Of a DNA stretch of 53,370 bases, positions 33,301-44,754 are shown piece after piece. The notes under the pieces were generated by a model. It was not told the DNA's origin and searched no databases. It saw only the letters and a list, made by a program, of their open reading frames with translations. Where the stretch lies: the IMG/VR virus record IMGVR_UViG_3300029906_000160. The stretch is one strand, 5' to 3'. How positions within the stretch are numbered: the stretch's first letter is position 1; every line of letters starts with the position of its first letter. The stretch comes from a virus. Lineage: Duplodnaviria > Heunggongvirae > Uroviricota > Caudoviricetes. The position numbers and the translations under genes were made by a program.

Positions 33301-34955
33301 TTTGAAAACTTGGAGTATCTAACGATTTTACTTTAATCTCTGATGCAAAAATTCAAAGATTCTTAAATGATCATATTAGACTTAAAGAGAAAGATAAATA
33401 TCCAACAGTAGCATTAAGAAATGTAAAATCACATTATAATAACTATAAAGGTGATATAATGTTTACTTTCTATAATGATACAGAAGAGGAAGAATGAAAT
33501 ATATGCTATAACGAGAGACTTGATAAATGGTCTACTAGATATTCTTGGATTCCACTTTATTCAGACAATGTAAATAATATATATTATTCATTAGATAAAA
33601 AGAGATCTGAAATACTTGCTTATATATATGATAATATTAATGCAGAAGCTGGCATTGTTAGTTTAGATAATAACAGTAATGTTTGAAGTAATTTAAATAA
33701 TAATCATACTGTCACATTTAGTATTAAGTCATATGATTTTTATAAATACTTTAAATTTGAAATCGAAGCTATTAAATCTTCATATATAAATGAAAATGGA
33801 GTTGAACAGATTGTCATTTTACCATGAAAGCCTCAAGAATCAGATTGATTAGCTAATGTTAGAATCAATAACAATAAAATAGAAGCTTATGGTTCTGAAG
33901 CAGAATTAGCTAATAATAAGCAAGGAAAGTTAATTTTATCTAAAGACGCTCTTTCTACTTACGACGGACATAAATTATATTATTGATATTTTATTGTAAA
34001 AGCTACTCCTTATACAACAGCAGAAAATAGTGATAAACTTATAACTGGAGAAACTTTTAATACAGTCTTTGGAATTGTTACAGATTATAATAAATTAAAT
34101 GGTCCAGATGACGATCCAAATAGTGATAAGTTTAAATATAATGAATTACTTAGAAATGGATTCTATATTCATGGTCGTGCTGGAATATTTGATGAAATTA
34201 ATTACTTTAATGAAGACGTAAGCAAAGAAGATCAAATAATGCCAACTACATGATACGATAAACAAGAACCATTTGAATTTGAATTTGTAGTTAATGAACC
34301 TACTGGATTACATAAAATATTTAACAATCTTGTTATTATCTCTAATAATGTTCAACCTTCTGAAATAGAATACGAAATAGTTGGAGATGTTTATGGATTT
34401 AATAAAGCTGGAATATTCTGAAAACAGAATAAGAATTATTGAGAAAAACGTGAAGATCCAGATTCATATAAATCTAAAGAATGAGGAGATTATAATACTC
34501 CAGTTCAATTACTTCCAGATAAAGATACAGAATTTGTAAAAGGAAATGAGTTATCTAAAGATTCTCAAAGATTACCTTGAATTAAAGATAATCCAGCTAA
34601 AACTTCAGAAGACTTTAAAAATACTACTGTTGAATGAGATCCAATTTTAAATCAATATCTTCTTAAAGTAAATCAACCTTGCTATGATATTAAAGAATAT
34701 GGACGTATGAGAGGTAATATTACATATAAAGAGGATGCTTGATATTTAACCATAGATCCAATTCTATTTAGAAAAGCAGATACAGAAAATGCAGAGTATG
34801 GAGTAACTGGAAATACGGATATTGATGAAAAAAGACAGGATTATAAATCAACTCGTATTAGAGATAAATGATGCAAGATTAGAATAAAATATACAGGAAA
34901 AGATTTGGTTTTAATTAGTGCGATTAAAACTATGATAACTATGAGTTACGCATAA
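30303..34955 (+). CDS. Tail stabilisation/muzzle-like protein (~1550 aa, TGA=Trp)
   Basis: Track ORFs 30303, 31734 and 32187 are in frame; C-terminus RIRDKWCKIRIKYTG...ISAIKTMITMSYA-TAA. I read parts of 33100-34700 less closely. Confidence 0.7.
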
Positions 34956-34956
34956 A

Positions 34957-36297
34957 ATGAGTTATACAAATTTACAAGCATTACAATCAGCAATTTCTAA
35001 CGAAATGTTTGGAAGTTTACCTTCATTTGTAACTCCAACTTTACCATTTCCATCTCCTGGAAATTGAACAATACCTAAAAGTTTTGATACTACACAAAGT
35101 TTATTACCGCAAATTCCAAAAAATCCTGCATTAACTGGAAAAGCAACAACTAACTCTAATGCAGGATTAGTTGGATTTGATAATCGATTAAATTCTGGTG
35201 CTGGTAGTTTATTTCAATCCTTAAAAGCAGGCATTGGAAATTTTAATAATAGTTCCATTGGCGGAATTACTTCTTCTGTTGCTACAGGATTGCGAGGATT
35301 AACTGAGCAAGATGTATCATATACAGGAAAAGCTGCAGAAATTGCAAATGGAGTTAGTGATGTTGCAGAAAATATTAATGGAATGATTAATCCATTAGGT
35401 AATACAGCAAATCAAGTTGGAGCAACTATTGGAAATTTAATAGGAGGAACAGAAGATCGTGTAAAGGGAGTAGGTTCTGCTGTAGTTGATGGAATTTCTG
35501 CAGTAGCGTCTAATTTCGGTCCTATTGGAATGGCAGTTGGTGCAGCACTTCAATTAGCAAATGGAATTGGAGGAAAACGTGTTGATAAACTTCAAGATAA
35601 TACTTCAGAAATTGCTAGTCGAACAGGTAGCGCTTATATGGGATCGATTGGAGATGTACAAGATAACATAGACAAATATAGTAATAAAAAAGCAGGGTTG
35701 TTTGATTTTGGGTTTGCTAAAGAAGGAAATAGTGCTATTGATAAAGCAGAGAAGATGCAAAACACTATGTTAGACATAGGAAGATATCAAGATTTAAGGA
35801 AATCGAATAATGCTGCAGCTGATTTAGCTCAACAAAATCGTAATAGATATTCTGGTTATACTGGAGCTATATCTATTGGTCAAGAAGGTATAAAATTACC
35901 GAATTTAAGTTGGGCACATGAACTATTATCTAAATATAATTTACAGAAATTCCAAAAAGGCGGAAAACTTGGAACTCCAGGTATAGAATCTAATGTAATT
36001 GTTGAAGGAGCTTATCATGCTCATAAGAATCATTTAGATGAAATAAATCCAGAACTTGAAAATATGACTCCAAAAGGCATTCCAGTAGCAACAGAAGATG
36101 CGTCTGGTAATAAAACTCAAGTTGCAGAAATAGAAGTTGGAGAATTAATCTTAACTAAAGACTTAACTGATAAACTTGAGGAATTATATAAAGACGGGTC
36201 TGATGAAGCTGCCATTCAAGCTGGAATGTTATTTGCAGGAGAAATTATTGATAACACAGTAGATAATAAAGGGGGAGTTTTAGATGAAGACAATTAA
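34957..36297 (+). CDS. Cargo/ejection-type protein (446 aa)
   Basis: Start at ATG 34957 via one TGA; Gly/Ala-rich hydrophobic segments, FQKGGK motif, AEIEVGE domain. Confidence 0.65.
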
Positions 36298-36880
36298 TCT
36301 TGAAATTAACGATAGAGAATATAATGTTCTTGTAGCACAAACAGAAGATGAAAAAGCTACTGGACTAATGAACGTAGAAGAAATGGATGATAGTGAAGGA
36401 ATGTTATTCATTTATGATGCTCCTCAAACTCTTGAATTCTGAATGAAAGATACAGAAATTCCTTTAGATATAATCTTTATTGACTCTGATTGAGAAGTAA
36501 AGAAAATAGCTAAAGGAAATCCATTTGATGAAACAATTATATCTTGTGATAATGTTCAATATGTTCTTGAATTAAATCAAAATTCTGGAGTACAAGTTGG
36601 AGATGAAATTGATATAGAAGATGATGAATTAAGTCCAGGAAGTAATTTAGATTTAAATAAAATATATGTTTATGGATCAGATGGTAATGTTCAAGCAGAA
36701 ATTGTAGGAGGGGAGCGAATTTTCAGTATATCCAACACGAAAACCCTTATTCGGATAGCTAAGAGAGCATATACTACTAAAAAAGAATCTGATTATAAAC
36801 GACTAGGTAAAAAGATATTTGAATATTTATCTATTCAAGATTCTAATACTCCAGAATACGTAGAACGAAAAGAAAATTAA
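36284..36880 (+). CDS. DUF192-family protein with C-terminal extension (198 aa)
   Basis: GLM...EGMLFIY...EF-TGA-MKDTEIPLDIIFID...VLELN...GD matches the DUF192 GMLF / FWMKNT-IPLD pattern. Confidence 0.8.
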
Positions 36881-36896
36881 TTCAACAATATATAAC

Positions 36897-36923
36897 AAAA
36901 AAGGCGAGTACTAACTACCCGCC
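36897..36923 (-). terminator. Minus-strand intrinsic terminator
   Basis: Minus strand reads ggcgggta-gttag-tactcgcc-tttttt. Confidence 0.75.
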
Positions 36924-37010
36924 ATATACAGTCTCTATAAATGATTTTAAAGTGATTTCTGTGTAATTTATATCCAGAACGTCAACTCTCTTTTTGTAAC
37001 GTTTAGACTG
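36897..37010 (-). ncRNA. Candidate ~115-nt small RNA
   Basis: Bounded by a promoter and a terminator; terminal inverted repeat 36926-36934 / 37005-37013; no ORF. Confidence 0.5.
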
Positions 37011-37015
37011 TATTG

Positions 37016-37046
37016 CAAATATAGAAAAATTTTTAGAAATATCAAA
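37016..37046 (-). promoter_or_regulatory. Bacteroidota-type promoter, minus strand
   Basis: TTTG (37046-37043), 19-nt spacer, TATATTTG (37023-37016). Confidence 0.7.
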
Positions 37047-37068
37047 ATAAAATTAAAATTTAAAAATA

Positions 37069-37100
37069 TTTGGAAAAGTCAAATATTTTTTATAATTTTG
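37069..37100 (+). promoter_or_regulatory. Bacteroidota-type promoter for cargo genes
   Basis: TTTG (37069-37072), 20-nt spacer, TAATTTTG (37093-37100). Confidence 0.7.
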
Positions 37101-37174
37101 AGACCGAGTCGAGAAATAACAAATTAATAAAAGATTTTTTATTATAGTTTAACGTTAAATTAATTAATTATACT

Positions 37175-37576
37175 ATGAAAATTGTAAAAAACTCAGATCG
37201 AGTACAGAAATTTCAGCAAGGAGGACCCGCTCCTATGCCTCAAGATCCTGCTCAGCAACCTGCAGCTCAACCTCAGGGACAAAATGATCCAATTCTTGAG
37301 ATCGCTAACATCTTTATGCAGGGTCTTCAAACTCAAAATTGTGAATTGCTTGCACAAGGTGCTCAAGCTTTCTTAATGTTACTTCAGCAAGCACAAGGTG
37401 GAGCAGAACAGCAAGCTCCTGTAGGCGAACCACAAGGAGAACCAGTCTTTAAGAAAGGTGGTAAAATCTGTGGTCGTAAAAAGAAAGTAAAGAAGGATTG
37501 CAATGGAGGAAAAGTTGCTAAAAATTGTGGTGGCGGTTCCTTTAAGAAATGCAATGGTGGAACTATGAAGAAGTAA
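37175..37576 (+). CDS. Small Gln/Pro-rich protein with basic Cys-x-Gly-Gly tail (133 aa)
   Basis: Intact ORF between a promoter and a terminator; FQQGG, FKKGGK, CNGG/CGGG repeats. Confidence 0.8.
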   Translation: MKIVKNSDRVQKFQQGGPAPMPQDPAQQPAAQPQGQNDPILEIANIFMQGLQTQNCELLAQGAQAFLMLLQQAQGGAEQQAPVGEPQGEPVFKKGGKICGRKKKVKKDCNGGKVAKNCGGGSFKKCNGGTMKK

Positions 37577-37607
37577 TATAGTTTCTCAATAGACAAGATT
37601 TTTAGAT

Positions 37608-37644
37608 ATGAGAGATTAGCTATATTAACTAGTCTCTCATTTTT
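37608..37644 (+). terminator. Intrinsic terminator
   Basis: atgagagattag / ctagtctctcat stem then a T-run. Confidence 0.75.
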
Positions 37645-37662
37645 ATTATAAATTAAGATGAC

Positions 37663-40600
37663 ATGTCACAAGTAAGAAAATTTAAAGACGGAGGAAGTAA
37701 TACTGCAGAAACTACTTCCAAATCTAAACACAATAGTAAATATGGCCATTATATTGTGGATGGAACTACTTATGATGTCAATGATGATTTTATTCGTGAT
37801 TATATAGCTAGTGCAAAACAGTTTGACGATAATAGTACAAATACAGTTGCAAGTCATGTAGTTAATGCACTTAAATCAGGTCAAGATGTTTCTTTAGATA
37901 CTTTAAATAACAGAATTTATGGTATTAATAATTATCTAAATTCTGAAGATGTTGAAAGATCTAATGAGTATTCTCAAAACTCATTAAATAAAAAGTATCA
38001 ACGTAAGTATCGTAGAAAAGAAGCAAGACCTAATTCATCATTACATCAATTAAATATAGGTATTTCGAATTTAGGATCAATTAATTTTACAAATCCTGTC
38101 AAAAAAGCTGATCAACAATCCGCAACATCTTTAATTGATTTATACAGAGATACTAGAAATTTTGATTACAATTCTAATTCTGACGGAACATTAGTATGAT
38201 CTAATGGACCGCAAAATGCAGGTAATTTAGCTGCATTAAATAATTTTATTGATATGCTTAGTATGTCTGAAGAAGACGCTAAGAAAAAATATAATTGAAC
38301 TGGATATGAGGATCAAATTAATGATTTAAGAACATGATATGCGGGAAATCAAAATTATGATTGGGAAGGTCTTAGATCTCGTATTAAAGAAAATCAATTA
38401 GATGATGCAGATTGGGATATTCTTCGTTATATGGGATTTGGAGAAAATCAGCCAAGTTCAAGTTCTGCTTCAAATACTGATAATACTCCCCGTTCATATG
38501 AAGGTTCTGGACTTAACAATGATTGGTTAACTAGAAATAATTATTATGTTCAAAAAGGTTCAGATGAAAACACATATCTTTATCGTTTAGGAACTGATGA
38601 AAATGGAAAACCAAAATATTTAATAGATACATCTGCTAAAATATATCTTCCAAATATGGGGATTCTTGGAGATAATTCTCAATGAAATGGAGGAGCTATT
38701 ATTAACGGGCGTTTTTATACAGAAAATGAAATATGAGATCCTAATTCAGCAGCAGGACAATCTTTTGCAGAATTAACTAGAGCTTGAAATTCTGGTTCTG
38801 GCGAAACATCTTGACTAAATGCGAAAAATACAGGGTGAAGATTCGCAGGATCAGATGCAGATAATTATATGTTTTCTACCTATGATAGAAATACTGGAAC
38901 AAATCCTTTGTGAGATCAATATTTTGACCAATATAAGGACGATGATAATATATGGTATGTAAGAAATTTAGCAAATAATTTTTTAGGTACTCCTAAAGGA
39001 ATGGAAATTATATCATATATTGATCAAAATAATAGATCTAAAGCTGGTTATGAAAATCCTTATTTTGCTGTTTATAATCCAATAGATAAACAATTTAAAC
39101 GATTTGAAAACGAAGAAGCATTAAGTTCTTATTTACAGGGATTAAATATCCAAAAGCAAAGTTCTCTTTATTCTGGAGATGCTAATTTTGATATATATGA
39201 TTTTTTATTTGATAAAAATAAAAATAAGTATTCATATGTTTCTCCGATAAATACATTTACTGGAACTGGTTCATCTCAACAAAGCACTGAGTTATATAAA
39301 GGACCTGATGGAAACTATTATTATCTTTTAGATAATTCTAATCCAGAAGATTTACAATTTATTCGTATTGATGATCAAAACGTAATTAATCAAATATTAA
39401 ATGGTCAAACTATATCTAATGAAAATCTTCCATCTTGAGCAAAGCGTAGATTATTAGAACGTGGAAAAAGAAGATACATGAAACAAGGTGGAAAAATAGA
39501 TTTTAATAAAATCAACTATTTACAAAAACATCAATACGGAGGTATCTTTTCTAATCCATATACAGGATCTACAAATAAAGTAGAACGTAATAAAGATGCA
39601 AAAATAACAATTGGGGGTTCACATCAAGCTTTTGGAGGTGGAAAACACGGAGTTCGTACAGAAGCAGACAAATTAGCTAATTGAGCTACTGGATTTGATA
39701 CAGCTGCTGTAGGAACGTCATTTATACCTGTTTATGGAAATATTGTTGGTGCAGCATCTGGTTTAACCGGTTCAGCTTTACGATTTGCTTCTGACATCAA
39801 GAAAGATGGATTTCAAGGTAAAGATTTATGAAGATTTTTAGGTAATGTTGGATTAGATGCTCTTACTTTAATTCCAGGTTTAGGTTCAGCAGCAGCAGGA
39901 ATCAAAGCTACTAAAGGTGCATCTAAAGTAGCTAAAGTTGCATCTACAATAGCTAAAGGAGCAGGTAAAGTATCAAAATGAGGAGATACCACAAAAGTAG
40001 GAAAAGCCGTTACATATGGATTACCTGCAATGGGAGTATTACAAGGAACAAGTGCAGCCATTCAAGCAGCTACAGATGGACAACCATTAACTACAGATCA
40101 ACTACAAACAATTGCTGGAGGTTTAATAGGAGGAGTAATACTTGGAAATAAAGCTGGAAAAGCTTTCAATAATAAAGCGTTAAAATCAATTCAAAAAGAA
40201 TTAGGATTAAATAAATCTAAATCTTATGAATATAAATCTAAGGATAAAACAGTAAGTTTATCTAAAGATGATATTAATGCAATAGCTAATAAAAAGGTAT
40301 CTGAGGTTAACGAGTTTCTTTATAATAAACTTAAAAATGCAGGAATTGAATTAGAGAAACCTAATTTTGAAACTGCAACTTTATGAAAAGATTTTGGAAT
40401 TACTGCGAATGTAAGTAAAAAAGGAATTAAAGGTTGATGAGGAAATAAACTAAAAATAAAACAAGAAAAACCCAATTCTATAGAAAGTTCTAACTTACAA
40501 AATGAAGATTTAGCTAAAAGATTAACAAATCCTCAATCACGAATTGAACGTAGAGCTCAAAAAGCATACAGTGAACAAATTCTTCAGAATCCTAAATTAG

Positions 40601-42885
40601 CAGCATTTGTAAGAAAAATAACTGGAACAAAAGTAAGACCACAGGGGCAATGAGCTTTTGGAGGATGAGGCACAAATTGAATTAATAGAGTTAAACCTAT
40701 AGTTTCACAAAGATTGGCTACCGATTCAGTAAATCCTGTAAAATCACCGGTGTTACTATTGCCTGCTTGAAAAGGAAATAATATTTCTGAAGTAAATATT
40801 TTACCTTCATCTAATAGTCCAATTACTACACCTTCTTCTCCGTTAATACAAATTCCACAATATGCATCTTCATATAGAAACGCACAAGGACAGTTCTTGT
40901 TACCTCGTGGAGATGGAAGATTTTTTAAGAGAACGCAACGTGTGTGAAATGGAGGTCCTGCACACGAAGTAATTCAATTACAACCAGCTAAATATTCTAG
41001 AACTCCCCGTAAATCTACTAGAAGAAATATTGGATTAGAACAAGCGCATAAATCAAAGGTTCTACAAGAAGCTGGAAGACAACAAATGCCTGTAATTCGT
41101 GGATTACAAGAAGATATAGCTAAAGTAAGAACAAGCGAAGATTTTAAAAATTTGTTATTTAAAATAAATAATAGAAATTCTTATAAAGAAATAATTAAAA
41201 ACAATCCTGAAATTAAGGATCAGTTACGTCAAATGTTTATTCATTTAGATCCTGTAAGACTTGGAAATTGAATGACAAAATATGATTTACGTTTTAAAAA
41301 GGGTGGAAAAATAGTTAAAGGTCAAAATGGATTAAAACCTGGAGACTTAGTATATAATAATACATCTTCTCCATCTTATTTTGATTATAATCGTTCTGGA
41401 ATTAAATTTAATGGATCTAATGTTGATTGAACTGCAACGTATGATCCAAATAGTTTATATTCAAAATACAGAAACATTTATCTAAATAATTGAAATAATC
41501 CAGAATTTAATATATATAAACAAGCATATTTAAATCAATTATCACAAGGTAACAGTAACATTGATGTAAATAACCTATCGAAAGATGAGTTTGCGAGAAT
41601 TACTAATGATGGTTTATTAGGATATGCACATAACTTATATGTTGATCCAAATAGAGATAATGGGTTATATAGTTTAGCTATGAATCAACTTCCAGCAGCT
41701 ACTGTTACAGCAAAAAGTAATATAAAGCCTATTCCTCAAGGAAAAGCTGTAGCTCAGTCAAGTTTAGGTTTAATTCCAAATCCAGCTTTATCCAATAATA
41801 ATCAAGTAGTTGAAGAAACAAAACAAAGTACACGAAAATCTTCTGGTGCAGGAAGTCAATATACTAATGCTAATTCAGTACTTAAAAATCTTAATTTTAA
41901 TCCAGACGATTTATTTGGTTTAATTGAGACTACTAGAAGTATTATAGCTAATAATCAATTATATAAGGATTTAAAAGAAGCTAATACTGCTATACTAAAA
42001 CCTTATATGCCAGAAATTTATGATCGTTATCAAGATCATATAACTCCGATTTATCAAGAAGCTGCTAAAGCAAAGAGAAATTTTGTTCCAACTTCAACAG
42101 ATTCTACTGTTAATTATGCTATGCGTCAAGCAAACGAAGATGCTGCTCAACAATTAGAAACTAAAGGAAGATTAAAAGCCTCAGAACAATACTCTCAATA
42201 TCTCGATAAGGATTTAGCTGCAAGAAGAGCATATGCAGAAGATAGGCGTAATACCGCTTTCTATAATACTCAAGAAATGGCTAATAAGGTAATGCGTGAT
42301 GCTCAAATTGAACAAGGAAGAAAATTAGCAAATAATCAATCTATTTCTAATTATGTAATGGAAATGAGAAATAAATTTGCTCAAGATAGAGCTAAATCTC
42401 AAGCCTTCCAGAAACAACAAGATGCTTTATTAGCTCAGCAAGCATTAAATGCAGAAGTAAATAAAGCCGCACAAAAATGAAGAACTATGTTTGCTAATAT
42501 GGATCCTGAGGAAAGAAAAGCACGTGGCTATGATTCATATGAAGATATATGATTAGAACAAGATCCTGAATCTTATAATAACGCATACATAACAGGACAA
42601 TTAAAAGCACAGCAATATTTACAGGACAATCAAAATAAATACATAGATTATTTATTTAATAAAGTTCCTTATGTAAGTTTATTAGCAAATTATAAAACAC
42701 CTGTTTCTATGCCAGCTTATATGTCTTCATTTAAATCTGGAGGAAAAACTCGAAAATATATACAAAGACATAATGGCCCAAAACCAGACGAAGCTATTTG
42801 GATTCAAAGAAACAAAGATACTGCTAAAGCTTTAGAAAAATTACATGATGCAGTAATTAAACTATTTATGAAATCAATTTCGTAA
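37663..42885 (+). CDS. Large cargo/ejection protein (~1740 aa, TGA=Trp)
   Basis: Seven track ORFs in one frame with no TAA/TAG until 42883-42885; central Gly/Ala hydrophobic segments; five xxxGG motifs. Confidence 0.8.
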
Positions 42886-44754
42886 ATGAAAATACGTAAA
42901 AATAACATAGAGAAGAAACAATCAGGGGGTATTATATATACTCCCTTTGTTCCTTCTTATAACACTTCTGAAGCTGAGAGTAGTTCTTCTAATTCCTCAT
43001 CTTCAGATGAAGGAAAGATAGGAGATATACAAAAAGAGATATTAGATGTTCTTCAGGAAAATGGATTACCCAGTGATGTAGATACTTTTATGAAATCAGC
43101 AAATAGATTTCTTAGAAAAGCGGAAATCACCGGAGAATGATCTATGGCAGATTTCACTAGAATACAATCTTTGGCTAATCGTGTTGCTCATAATAAAACA
43201 TTATATGATGCAGCAACACAACATTTGACTGAAACTGGAAATTGAAACGAAGTTGCTTTAAATGATAAAGGACAAATGTATGTAATAAATAGAGATAGTA
43301 AAGTTATAGCTATAGATCCTGGAGAATATTATAAAAATAGAGATAATTATCAAGCTCTAACTAATAACGACATACTTGAATTTAGAAGTAACGCTAGTCC
43401 ATTTGATAGTTCTGTTTTAAATTCCTTATCTGGATCTATTGGTTTAGATGACATATTAGATTATGCTAAAGGAATTGCTCTTGATTTTGGAACTAGATCA
43501 ATTTCTGGATATACAAATAGTGATATAGCTAAAATGGATGAAGCTCTCAATAGATTAATTAACAATGGTCCAAAAGGATATTACAAATATAAAGAAGAAT
43601 CACAAAATGGAGGAGGAGCTACAGTAGAAGCAGTTCAATATTTATATAACTCTCTTCCAAATAACATGAAACAGCTATTAAGAGCTAAAACTGCTGCTGA
43701 AGGACAAGATCCTAATGTTCATTATGCTGATTTATTAGCACAAATATTATCAAATCATCTTGATTATTCTGTTTCTACTGATTTTGATTCTGTTGCTACT
43801 TCTGCAGCTAAAGGAACTTCTGGTTCTGGATCCGGAGGAGTAAGCGATACTTATTTAAGAAAAGTATCTACTTTTTCTAATGTTAAAAGAGATCATATAA
43901 ATCTTGTTCCTAACTATAATTCTCCAATAGATCAAGGAATGATGACTGTTTCTGCTTATAAATTAGGACCTATAACAGATAGATTAACAGATAATATCGA
44001 TACTGATAAATTCTCACTTAATTATCTTATATCTAAAGCAGAATTTATTAAATCTGGTAATACAGAGATGATTTCAATGGGAGGTAGAGTACTTAGCCCA
44101 GCAGAATTTAATAAGGTAATGATTAATAATAGTGCTCAAGTAAATGGAGTTGTACTTCCATATAAAGTAGACGCTAATGGAAGATATATACCAGATTTTG
44201 ATAAAGTAGAAGTATTTAATGCGTGAAATAAAGAAATTCAAAATAATCCAAATATAACCGAAATGGAAGCTGAAGATTTAGCTAATCAAGTTGGATTAAG
44301 TGGAAATGATGTAGAATATGATCATCAAACTAAGTCATTCAAGCTTAGAAATACAATGCAATTTTATGCTGTATCTGGATATATAAATTCTGAAGTAGTA
44401 GATATAGATGATAATATGAAACGTTGACTTTATCATATGACTCGTCAAGAAGGAAAACAGCTTAAAGACGAATATGACAATTTACTAGTTTATAGAACTA
44501 CAACACCTTCTAAAAATGATAGAAAAATCGGAAGTCTTGGATTTATGGGCAAGACTAAAGATGGTAATGCAAATTCTTTTTATGAAGGTATGATATTTAT
44601 TCCTATTACTAATCCAGAACTTGGATCATTACTTACAGTACATGGAAAATTATCTAATGATATGGCTAATGATCCAATAACATTTATGACTGCTGATCAA
44701 ATTTTACAGCAATCTAGAGAAAATACTAACGAAGACATAGGTAGTTGACATTAA
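42886..44754 (+). CDS. Virion cargo-type protein (622 aa, TGA=Trp)
   Basis: Track ORFs 42886, 43276 and 44437 are in frame; TAA 44752-44754 overlaps the next ATG. Confidence 0.8.
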
